Source: a virus. From it: 64,000 bases of DNA. Made by a program: the position numbers and the translations under genes. The notes beneath the pieces were generated by a model. The model ran no database searches, was not told where the DNA came from, and saw nothing but the letters and a program-made list of their open reading frames with translations. This document shows, in pieces, positions 1-8,117 of this stretch; position 1 is the first letter of the stretch, and each line of letters starts with the position of its first letter. Location: the IMG/VR virus record IMGVR_UViG_3300032288_002811, positions 1-64,000 of that record. The stretch is one strand, 5' to 3'.

Positions 1-1307
1 ATGCGGTAGTAAACGTTTGTACGTGCATCCAAACGGCCATCGCCTTTTGTAAGACCACGAGCAAACGGGTTTGCAACCATGCCGTAACGAGTCTTAAATC
101 CAATTTTTGGTTGGAATGTATACTGGTCAACTGCACGAACCATTTGCAACGGTACGTATGGGCAATAGAAGATACCAGCGTCATAAGGAGAAGAACCCTT
201 ATAACCGATTGTAACCAATTCTTGGTTCGATGTATAACCACCGAAATAAGGATCGATATAAACCTTGATACGACCATGCAACATACCAGCAAATGTATTG
301 CCTGTATCGTCAACTTGTAGGTCAGCAGACAAAGCAGGAGTGTAAGACAACACACCAGCCATTGCCATAGCAGAAGCTACGTCAGAAGAAACGATAAGGA
401 CATTACCTTTACCACGGCGTGTTTGCTTAGCAATTACGTTAGCATCACGCTCGATTTGGAAAATCAAACCTTTGAAACGTTCAACTGACCAACGACCGTT
501 AGAGTCGGTGTCCAAGTCAAAAGCACCAGCAGTTGTAACACCATACTGAGCACCTGCAACGGCACAAGTATAAATGGTACGGATAACTTCACGGTTGATT
601 TCAGCCAAGATTTCTGTAGACAGAATGTTTGACAATTCTGTTTCAGCATCCAAACCATGGATTGCCTTCAAGTCTTGAGCGAGTTCAAGTGAGTATTCGG
701 CCTTCAGAGCACGTGATTGAGCAGTTACAGTAACTTTCTCAATTGAGAATGCCATTTGGTTGAATACACCAGTAGCGTCATCAGCACCCAAACCTTCAGC
801 AGTAGCTGTTGGTAATGGAATACCAGTTGTATACAGATTACCTGTTTCAGCACCAGCGTTGGTCTTAATATCGGTTGCGTTGTTACCAACAAAACCGTAT
901 GGGTTCGAAGCTGAACCAGTACCTGAGAAAATCGTATTAGCTTCGTTAAAGAACGATTCTGTACCAGATGGTGTGTTGTAACGAGCACGCATTGCGAAAA
1001 TCAAACCGGTAGGGCCAGTCATTGGCTGAACGCCAGCAACGTCATAAGCGATAAGATTAGGCAACGCACGGCGAACCAAACTAATCAAGATTGGATCATA
1101 GTTTTGAATACCAGCACCTGTAGCGTTTGTAGGCGCTGCAGAATAAGTAGTCTCATTCAATGACTGTGCGTCTTGACGCATAGCTTGTTGTTGGTTTTCC
1201 AAAACAAGTGCAGTAACTGCTTTCTTGTATGGATCTTTAATGGCTTCAAGTTCTGGATGATTCAGAACTGGATCCCATTTCTTTTGTAATTCTTCGGTTA
1301 GAAACAT
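1..1307 (-). CDS. gp23: Major capsid protein, T4 gp23 family (3' end beyond window start)
   Basis: Missing from the ORF track because it is truncated. Manual translation from ATG at 1307 (SD AGGAG): MFLTEELQKKWDPVLNHPEL...VLENQ...YDPILISLVRRALPNLIAYDVAGVQPMTGPTGLIFAMRARY, later SRALKAEYSLELAQDLKAIHGLDAETELSNILSTEILAEINREV and FQPKIGFKTRYGMVANPF. Follows gp21 and gp22. Confidence 0.98.
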   Translation of the reverse strand, partial: MFLTEELQKKWDPVLNHPELEAIKDPYKKAVTALVLENQQQAMRQDAQSLNETTYSAAPTNATGAGIQNYDPILISLVRRALPNLIAYDVAGVQPMTGPTGLIFAMRARYNTPSGTESFFNEANTIFSGTGSASNPYGFVGNNATDIKTNAGAETGNLYTTGIPLPTATAEGLGADDATGVFNQMAFSIEKVTVTAQSRALKAEYSLELAQDLKAIHGLDAETELSNILSTEILAEINREVIRTIYTCAVAGAQYGVTTAGAFDLDTDSNGRWSVERFKGLIFQIERDANVIAKQTRRGKGNVLIVSSDVASAMAMAGVLSYTPALSADLQVDDTGNTFAGMLHGRIKVYIDPYFGGYTSNQELVTIGYKGSSPYDAGIFYCPYVPLQMVRAVDQYTFQPKIGFKTRYGMVANPFARGLTKGDGRLDARTNVYYR

Positions 1308-1345
1308 TTAGTGTTCTCCTTGTAAGTTTCTATATTGGTAAATTT

Positions 1346-1353
1346 TATTTATT
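1346..1353 (-). promoter_or_regulatory. T4-type late promoter variant (AATAAATA) upstream of gp23
   Basis: Minus strand reads GTTAAATAAATAAAAT across the gp22 stop, about 40 nt before the gp23 ATG. Confidence 0.55.
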
Positions 1354-2617
1354 TAACCAATGTTTTAGAGATTGTTTGTGCATACTGTGCGATTTCTGCA
1401 TCGACATAACCCGTAGGTTTTTTATCGTCTTCGATAATCACTTCTTCGTTCAATGCAGAACTGCCAGATGTATTAACTGGTTCATTGAAATATGATTCTC
1501 TCAATGTTACCAATTTGTCTGCGAATTCCTCGTCAGTAGTAAACTCCACACCCTCTGCGAGTGACTTCATTTTTTCTACTTGAGTCTGCGTTAGGCCTTC
1601 ACATACTGCATGTATAGCCTCTGTTTTTTTAGATTCGTTTAATTCTTTTTTCATATCAACGGCAGATTGAATCTGTTCGTTTAATGAAGATTCCAGTTCT
1701 TGGACTTTAGTTGTTAATTCTTCAACAACGTTTACCTTTTCTTCTGGAATATCAATGTAATGAGCTTCGAATAGGTCTTTCATACCATTGATGAAAGATT
1801 CTACGATTTCAGCACGTAGACCTTTTTCGATTGCCAATTCATTTTCTTTGATCCATTCTTCGGCCATGTAATTGATGTAATCGTCCAACTTGGTAGCCAA
1901 GTCTTCTTTGATTTCTTCAACGGCAACTTCGAATTCTTCAAATAGAGCTTGTTCGATATCTTCCATAACAGCTTGTGTACGTGCGATAACGGCAGCTTCA
2001 AAAATTGTAGTGGCCTTTTCTTTGAACTCTTCAGAAAGATTTTCACCAGACAATAGAGCATCAACGTCTTGTTCCATTTGCTCTTTCATCTTTTCTTTCT
2101 TCATCATCTTTTTAATCATGGCTTTATCTTGTTTCGCATCTTCATGAACTTCTTCTTTTTCTTCAGCAACTACTTCACCATCTTCTTCGGTTTCTTCACC
2201 GTAAGATTGGAATGTAGCACCTGGATTAGATTGAAAAGTTTGTTTGGCCAATTTGGCTTTCACACGGTCACGAATAGATGAATAATCTGTGGCTGGTTCT
2301 TGTACTGGTGTTGTACCTGCACCTGAATCGGCTGGTTGACCAGACAACTTCTTCATTGGTTCTGAACCAACTGGTGGTGTAGCACCTGGAGGTGTTGCTG
2401 TTGGTGTACCTTTGGTGTAGTCTCCACCTTGGTCACTCAATTTGTCAACAACGCCTGCAACTTCACCTGCATCTTTTTGGCCTGTTACAACCGATGTAGG
2501 TAATTTAGATGGTTTGTCTTTGCCGCCTTGTTTAGACGAAATGTTAGATTGAAAGTTTTCTTTGGCACCTTCAGTCAAAACTGCTTTAGCGGCATCTGCT
2601 AGATTTAAATTTCCCAT
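1349..2617 (-). CDS. gp22: Prohead core scaffolding protein, T4 gp22 family
   Basis: Acidic coiled-coil protein with LSEEFKEKATTIFEAAV, LDDYINYMAEEWIKENELAIEKGLRAEIVESFINGMKDLF, KLVTLRESYF; lies between gp21 and gp23; SD AGGAG. Confidence 0.95.
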   Translation of the reverse strand: MGNLNLADAAKAVLTEGAKENFQSNISSKQGGKDKPSKLPTSVVTGQKDAGEVAGVVDKLSDQGGDYTKGTPTATPPGATPPVGSEPMKKLSGQPADSGAGTTPVQEPATDYSSIRDRVKAKLAKQTFQSNPGATFQSYGEETEEDGEVVAEEKEEVHEDAKQDKAMIKKMMKKEKMKEQMEQDVDALLSGENLSEEFKEKATTIFEAAVIARTQAVMEDIEQALFEEFEVAVEEIKEDLATKLDDYINYMAEEWIKENELAIEKGLRAEIVESFINGMKDLFEAHYIDIPEEKVNVVEELTTKVQELESSLNEQIQSAVDMKKELNESKKTEAIHAVCEGLTQTQVEKMKSLAEGVEFTTDEEFADKLVTLRESYFNEPVNTSGSSALNEEVIIEDDKKPTGYVDAEIAQYAQTISKTLVK

Positions 2618-2644
2618 TTTGAGAATCTCCTTGTATATAATGGA

Positions 2645-2652
2645 TATTTATA
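2645..2652 (-). promoter_or_regulatory. T4 late promoter TATAAATA upstream of gp22
   Basis: Exact TATAAATA on the minus strand, 27 nt before the gp22 ATG. Confidence 0.8.
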
Positions 2653-2653
2653 A

Positions 2654-3298
2654 TTAAAGTTTTTTGATGAAATTTTGGAATATTTTTAAGCTGACTTGTT
2701 CAATCTCTTTACGAGTCGCTTGGCGAATTTCTTGTTTCGCTTCTGCTAACTGAACTTCAGTCCAATTTCCATTTATCATCATCCACTCTTTACCTTCCAT
2801 GATACCTTGTACAAAAGCACCAGGTGCGGAAGGGTCTGCTACTATATCTGCCGCTGTGGCTAGACAAAAATCACCTTGAACAACGTTGATTCCGTTTTCC
2901 ATTTTAAGAGAACCCATACCTCTAGATGATACTCCTAATTGAGCACCACCCTCGATAAGGTTTCTTGCAATGTTACCCATAGGGGTTTCAAGGATTTTAG
3001 CTTTGCCTATCCAAGCGTTTCCTTCCTGGCGTAAACCCACAATTAAGTGAGACACACGGTCAAGATTGATAGATGGGGTGTCTGGATGTCCCAGTTCACC
3101 AAAGGCACGGTTTTTATTAATGTATTCTTCTGTGTAACGATTAACCTCAGTACGCATGACATCTTCTTTGTACATGCGTTTGTTTTTGTTAACTGTCTCA
3201 GCAACAAGAAATGGACCTTCAATAAACAAGGTTTTCTTGCCGTCTTTTTCTTCTACTAAGTAGGTTACCGATTCGGTAATTTCTTTAATGAGTTTCAT
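2654..3298 (-). CDS. gp21: Prohead core protease, T4 gp21 family
   Basis: MKLIKEITE start; GELGHP (His) and GVSSRGMGS (Ser) catalytic motifs; ADIVADPSAPGAFV. Confidence 0.97.
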   Translation of the reverse strand: MKLIKEITESVTYLVEEKDGKKTLFIEGPFLVAETVNKNKRMYKEDVMRTEVNRYTEEYINKNRAFGELGHPDTPSINLDRVSHLIVGLRQEGNAWIGKAKILETPMGNIARNLIEGGAQLGVSSRGMGSLKMENGINVVQGDFCLATAADIVADPSAPGAFVQGIMEGKEWMMINGNWTEVQLAEAKQEIRQATRKEIEQVSLKIFQNFIKKL

Positions 3299-3311
3299 TA
3301 TAGACTTTCTA

Positions 3312-3833
3312 TTATGGTGTTAATCCATACGGTGGGTAATTGAATGCAGCAGGATCATTAAACTGACCACGTTGATAATGATTATTGTCTTTACGCAAAT
3401 CTAAAATCATAGTATAAGAATCATTTGCAGCCATACCACGGGTTACAACACCTATGTTACCATTGCAACCAGCAGTACCAGCAGCATTATTTGGAATTGT
3501 TGTCCAGTTGCCTGCACCGTCAAATTCACCATTTCCATTTAATATCATCAATGGAACTGGTGTGCTTGCTGTCCAATATAATTGAAGGTCACCACTAGAA
3601 CCACAGTCATACCATAAACGATTCAATGCCAATCCATAATATGAGAGAGCACCTGTGTTTGCTGCGGACACTAACAGATTGGCTTTAGAAGTGTCTAATG
3701 CACCATAAAGTCCATTGGCTGTAATTCTAGCGGTATTTGATTCTTGTCCTGAACCATCGAAATATCCAGTTAATTTAATAACTACACTTTCTGTGGTATC
3801 TTTGATTACCTGATATGTAAATGAATTTGCCAT
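3312..3833 (-). CDS. Hypothetical beta-rich virion protein in the head operon
   Basis: Intact 173 aa ORF tightly packed between the portal-proximal small ORF and gp21; Gly/Asn/Thr-rich. Function not recognisable. Confidence 0.7.
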   Translation of the reverse strand: MANSFTYQVIKDTTESVVIKLTGYFDGSGQESNTARITANGLYGALDTSKANLLVSAANTGALSYYGLALNRLWYDCGSSGDLQLYWTASTPVPLMILNGNGEFDGAGNWTTIPNNAAGTAGCNGNIGVVTRGMAANDSYTMILDLRKDNNHYQRGQFNDPAAFNYPPYGLTP

Positions 3834-3844
3834 TTTGTTTCCTA

Positions 3845-4030
3845 TTAAACTTCGGTATCTTCTACTTCAGCATTTTGTGGCTGATTGAAGAGAGTTTTTG
3901 CTAATTGTTCTTTATGTGTCTCTATATGAGCCATAACTTTATTATTAATTGCAGAATACAAGGCATCACGCATTTCAGTTGCGTTTCCATCTTCTGCATA
4001 ATCTATAATTGCTCTTGTTGTTTCTGACAT
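3845..4030 (-). CDS. Small acidic helical prohead-core protein (gp67-like position)
   Basis: Start better placed at ATG 4030 (GGAG SD, MSETTRAIIDYAEDGNATEMRDALY...) than the TTG at 4042; directly downstream of the portal, like T4 gp67. Confidence 0.65.
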   Translation of the reverse strand: MSETTRAIIDYAEDGNATEMRDALYSAINNKVMAHIETHKEQLAKTLFNQPQNAEVEDTEV

Positions 4031-4049
4031 ATTATTCTCCAAATTAAAT

Positions 4050-4057
4050 TATTTATA
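4050..4057 (-). promoter_or_regulatory. T4 late promoter TATAAATA for the head-core genes
   Basis: Exact TATAAATA overlapping the gp20 stop codon, 19 nt before ATG 4030. Confidence 0.8.
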
Positions 4058-5726
4058 GTATACGTTTCAGTCTAGTGAAAGTATTTACTTCTTCTTTTTT
4101 TGCTGCTGATTTTTGTTTCTGTGTTTCCATTTCAGCTTGCGCCTTCAAATCTTCAGGATGAGTAGGTTGTGCAGGTACATTACTAATCATTTGTTGTTGT
4201 GCTACGTCATTCATTACACCAACTGGCAAACCTAATCCTTCTTCTTTCTCTTTATCAATTTCTTTTTCCATGTCTTTAATTTGGTCATCTGTCAAACGCA
4301 ATACATTTCGTTGTATCCATGCTTGTGAGAAGTAACGACCCGTATAAGGGTCAACTGCACCCAACAACTGTAACCGTTGAGTCATTAATTCGGCTTCTTT
4401 AAGTTCTGCAAAATTATTATCTTTAATAAAGTCATAATGGATATTTTCTTTGAATATATCCCATTCTTCTGCTGTACAGATACCTTTAAGTACACATTGA
4501 ATTCTCAATGCTTGGTCAAACATATCTGTGAATTTGTTACGTAAACGATCCACAAATTTAGAAAACTTCAACTCGTCACGGGTAATTTCAGAGGTACGAC
4601 CTAATGAAAAACCCTGGTTCGGTTCTAATCTAGAAATTGGTACAGACAATGCGCCATACAATTTCTTTTGGAAATACTTAACGTCTTCCAATTCACCTAG
4701 GTTCTGGCCGCCAGGTAATGTGGTAATCTCAGTACCTTTACCACCTTCACGGCGAGGTAACCAAAAATCTTCCAACATAGACATGTGTTTACGGTCATCA
4801 CGTACTTCACCTGTGTTCGAATCATATACAAGTTTGTTCTTGTATTTCACCATAATATCACGGAGATATTGCTCTGCTTTTAATTTTGGTAGATTACCTA
4901 CGTCAATATAAAAGATGCGGCGTTCTGGAGCTCTCGAAATTCGGTAAATCACCGTTGCATCTTCAATCATCCGGAGTTGATTGAGAGGTTTGATAGCTTT
5001 ATGTAGATAACTCAGAACGACTGCTCTACGTGAATCCATTAGACCAGAAACAATTGAAACAATTGAATCTGTTGTAATACGAATACCAACTGGACCAAAA
5101 TTAGATGATGCACCAGTTACAACTTTATCATTGTAAATATAATATTCATTAACCGTTTGCATAACATCTGCACCGGTACGTTCATCTTTTTGTTTCTTCA
5201 TCTCACGTACTTTACGGAGTTTACGTGGATCAATGTACCTTAGTTCTTTAATACCTTCTGTAGGTTTTTCTTTATCAATAATGGCATGATAATATAACCT
5301 ACCATCAACATAGTACCTACGAAAAATATCTTGTGCCATGTTTTGATAATTTAACAAACGTAAGAGAATCTGGAATTCATCTTTAATTGCTTTTTTAATC
5401 TTATCTGTTACTTTTAAATTATCCAAAACAATGTCTGTAATTTTACCATCATCATCTTGTACTATAGCCTCATTAACTATATCATCTATTGCAGATTCAA
5501 TTTCTGGCTGCATTGCCATTTCACGGTAACGAGAAATGAGTTCTACCTCATTCTTTGCGGTACCGTCTAGGTCAACGTATGTGCCATAATAAGCGGCAGA
5601 TGTAATAGTTAATGCGCCATCGTCCGTAGCCGGAGGCGAAAATGATTGCTGAGTCGCTTTCTGCAACTCATCTTTCTCACGGGATATCGTAAAACCGAAA
5701 AGTGAAAATTTATTTGTATTAGCCAT
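4053..5726 (-). CDS. gp20: Portal vertex protein, T4 gp20 family
   Basis: YREMAMQPEIESAIDDIVNE, SYLHKAIKPLNQLRMIEDATVIYRISRAPERRIFYIDVGNLPKLKAEQYL, MLEDFWLPRREGGKGTEITTLPGGQ, ITRDELKF. Confidence 0.99.
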   Translation of the reverse strand: MANTNKFSLFGFTISREKDELQKATQQSFSPPATDDGALTITSAAYYGTYVDLDGTAKNEVELISRYREMAMQPEIESAIDDIVNEAIVQDDDGKITDIVLDNLKVTDKIKKAIKDEFQILLRLLNYQNMAQDIFRRYYVDGRLYYHAIIDKEKPTEGIKELRYIDPRKLRKVREMKKQKDERTGADVMQTVNEYYIYNDKVVTGASSNFGPVGIRITTDSIVSIVSGLMDSRRAVVLSYLHKAIKPLNQLRMIEDATVIYRISRAPERRIFYIDVGNLPKLKAEQYLRDIMVKYKNKLVYDSNTGEVRDDRKHMSMLEDFWLPRREGGKGTEITTLPGGQNLGELEDVKYFQKKLYGALSVPISRLEPNQGFSLGRTSEITRDELKFSKFVDRLRNKFTDMFDQALRIQCVLKGICTAEEWDIFKENIHYDFIKDNNFAELKEAELMTQRLQLLGAVDPYTGRYFSQAWIQRNVLRLTDDQIKDMEKEIDKEKEEGLGLPVGVMNDVAQQQMISNVPAQPTHPEDLKAQAEMETQKQKSAAKKEEVNTFTRLKRIL

Positions 5727-5749
5727 ATTTTTAAATTAATTATAAAGTC

Positions 5750-5781
5750 AAGAAAACATAAAGGAGGGTGGTTAACCCTCC
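5750..5781 (-). terminator. Rho-independent terminator after gp19
   Basis: Minus strand GGAGGGT-TAACC-ACCCTCC (7 bp stem, 5763-5781) followed by TTTATGTTTTCTT, 7 nt after the gp19 stop. Confidence 0.85.
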
Positions 5782-5788
5782 GTAAAAA

Positions 5789-6334
5789 TCAGGTAGTTGT
5801 ATCGTCCGTTTGCCACCATTGATATGCAAACGTTGTTTGATATTCTTCAATAGCGTCATTTGAACCCCAATCTAAATCGATTGGAGCCAAATCAATTGGG
5901 AATAAACCAACAAAGTTGTATTTCTTTAGTGTGTTACCTGTTTTGCCAAATTGTGTGACAGCTGCATCAACTGAATAACCATTTGAACCAGCTGCACCGG
6001 CATTACGCACGTTGCCTGCATGGCTGTTGATAGCATTCATCCATGATTCGAGACTATTTCTAATTGAAAAATCTTCATCATTGATGATTGTTAATGTCCA
6101 GTCTGCAAAAGTTCTGTTACCAGCAAATTTCATTTCACGACCGAAATAATATACTGGTACAGTTCCAATTGTCGAACCTGGTAGTTGTGCTGTCTTGGCC
6201 ATAAATGTTACTTTTTGACCAGACGCAACGCTGTTGAGTGCAATATTTGGAAAAGTTAGAGTCACAGAAAATAGATTAGGACGGGCACCGTCTCCAATCA
6301 TTTGTGCTCTAAAATCTGCTACATTGAATGCCAT
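5789..6334 (-). CDS. gp19: Tail tube protein, T4 gp19 family
   Basis: DGARPNLF, FMAKTAQLPGS, YFGREMKFAGNRTFADWTLTIINDEDF, FPIDLAPIDLDWGSNDAIEEY. Confidence 0.97.
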   Translation of the reverse strand: MAFNVADFRAQMIGDGARPNLFSVTLTFPNIALNSVASGQKVTFMAKTAQLPGSTIGTVPVYYFGREMKFAGNRTFADWTLTIINDEDFSIRNSLESWMNAINSHAGNVRNAGAAGSNGYSVDAAVTQFGKTGNTLKKYNFVGLFPIDLAPIDLDWGSNDAIEEYQTTFAYQWWQTDDTTT

Positions 6335-6354
6335 TCTTTTCTCCTGTTATTGTT

Positions 6355-6362
6355 TATTTATT
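6355..6362 (-). promoter_or_regulatory. Late promoter variant AATAAATA upstream of gp19
   Basis: Minus strand CTAATAAATAAACAATAACAGGAGAAAAGAATG; overlaps the gp18 stop. Confidence 0.65.
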
Positions 6363-8040
6363 AGACACCAACGATGGTGTTAAAATCAACACCTGTTCCG
6401 ACAGCAACAAAGTTTAACTGAATGTAGTTGACAGAACGAGAAGGCTTAATGTAGATATCACCAACGAATTGATTTGAGTCAATAACATTTGATGTGTTAT
6501 TGGTTGTGTCGCAAACCACTTTGAAGTCTGTAATACCACGGCGACCTTTAACATCACGTAAGAAAGGAGTTACAGTTGCTACAAATTGTGCTCTTGTAAA
6601 TTCATCATTTTGTTCAAACAGAGAAAACTTTGCAGCTTCTGCAATTGATTTCTCTAGTGTAATAAACAATCTACGTACATTAATTCTATCAAATGCAGAT
6701 GGTCTTGTTGTCAATGTTTTGTCACCAAACAAGACGATGCCTTGTCCAGGGAAAGAAACAACTGGGTTAACACCTGATGCATATATTGTATCACGGTCAG
6801 TTTTGCTTGGGTTCCAAGCCAACTTGATTGCATTTTTAATTTGTCCACGTGAGAAACCTGCTGGTGAATACCATGGGTCTCTAACGGTATCTGTGTTGAC
6901 ACATAAACCAGCAATATCACCGTTCAATGGAATCCAACGATAAATGTTATTATATTTGTCGTATTGGTATTTCCAACCAGAATCAGCAACTGCATATGTT
7001 GATGTTGTTGCCACACTTGATAACCATGTTGCAATGTTTGTTACTTCTGAACCAGATTGATTAACAACTGATGAAGAAGGTGGAGAAACAAATGCTACAC
7101 AATCTTTTCTTGTTGCTGCGATAGATGAAATTACATAGTTTTGAACAGTTGCACTTGCATCACCTGTGATAATTAAAGATACATCAACTGTTTCTTTATT
7201 CAAGAATAAACCAAATGCTGAAGTTGTATTTGCAGCTACTATTGCTGCATCAACACCGCCAGCTAAATTTACCGTTGACACACCACTCAAAGAAGTAAAA
7301 TTGGTAGTTGAAAGTCCACCCCATGTACCAGATTGACCTGCGTAATCAGGAGGATCCATTACATACACATAATTTGAATTGTTGAAAACTACTTGTTTGT
7401 AGTAATTTGAGACACCATTGATAGATGCATCTCTTGCTTTAGATACATACGCATATGTTTCTAGTACGGTATTTGCTGCAGCAGAGAATAAACCACCACG
7501 GTCAACAACAACAATGTGTAATTCATCATCTTGACCACCTGCAGCAGTAACATAATCGGAATTTCCTGGAGCACCTGGAAAATAACTCTTATATGTCCAT
7601 GTTGCAAAATCGGTTGAGTTATCACAAACTGAAACAGTAAGTGAATTTCCTAATGCACCAGCGTAACGGGCTGCAAATGCACCATATGTACCAGAATTGT
7701 TCTGATTTAAATATGTTGCTTCATACACATCTTTGTTTGCAATCTTTACGGCAACCGAATCGGTTGCGTTTTTAGCTAAAGCACCAAGTGCTCGAGCAAT
7801 CTTTAAATTATTTCCGTAAGCTAAATAGTTTGCAGCAGTAAAGAAAGATATTGCTGAATTTGAATCTGGTGTACCGAAAGTGTTTACGAGACTAATTTCA
7901 CTATCAATTTGTTTTATAATGTTAGCTGGACCCCAACTAAATGTTCCAGCAAATGCACCAGCAGTAGTAAGAATAGAAGGTACAACTGTGGTTAAGTCTA
8001 CTTCTGATACATTTACGCCTGGAGAGATTTGAAATGCCAT
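6361..8040 (-). CDS. gp18: Contractile tail sheath protein, T4 gp18 family
   Basis: MAFQISPGVNVSEVDLT, FSWGP, DSGWKYQYDKYN, WIPLNGDIAGLC, PWYSPAGFSRG, FGDKT, SAFDRINVRRLF, FEQNDEFTR. Confidence 0.98.
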   Translation of the reverse strand: MAFQISPGVNVSEVDLTTVVPSILTTAGAFAGTFSWGPANIIKQIDSEISLVNTFGTPDSNSAISFFTAANYLAYGNNLKIARALGALAKNATDSVAVKIANKDVYEATYLNQNNSGTYGAFAARYAGALGNSLTVSVCDNSTDFATWTYKSYFPGAPGNSDYVTAAGGQDDELHIVVVDRGGLFSAAANTVLETYAYVSKARDASINGVSNYYKQVVFNNSNYVYVMDPPDYAGQSGTWGGLSTTNFTSLSGVSTVNLAGGVDAAIVAANTTSAFGLFLNKETVDVSLIITGDASATVQNYVISSIAATRKDCVAFVSPPSSSVVNQSGSEVTNIATWLSSVATTSTYAVADSGWKYQYDKYNNIYRWIPLNGDIAGLCVNTDTVRDPWYSPAGFSRGQIKNAIKLAWNPSKTDRDTIYASGVNPVVSFPGQGIVLFGDKTLTTRPSAFDRINVRRLFITLEKSIAEAAKFSLFEQNDEFTRAQFVATVTPFLRDVKGRRGITDFKVVCDTTNNTSNVIDSNQFVGDIYIKPSRSVNYIQLNFVAVGTGVDFNTIVGV

Positions 8041-8098
8041 TTTTTTTTCTCCTTGAATTATTATGTGTTCTTCTGGTAATTAAAGAATACCATAGAGA

Positions 8099-8106
8099 TA
8101 TTTATG
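8099..8106 (-). promoter_or_regulatory. Late promoter variant CATAAATA upstream of gp18
   Basis: NATAAATA in the gp17-gp18 intergenic gap. Confidence 0.7.
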
Positions 8107-8117
8107 AAAGGCTGGAT

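Noticed and set aside
111-988. Short ORFs listed in 111-988
   Set aside because: They overlap the truncated gp23 reading frame, which explains the region.
8040-8048. A9 homopolymer at the gp18 start as a phase-variation or frameshift site
   Set aside because: It is just the SD-ATG spacer (AGGAG-A8-ATG), outside the reading frame; no evidence of variation.
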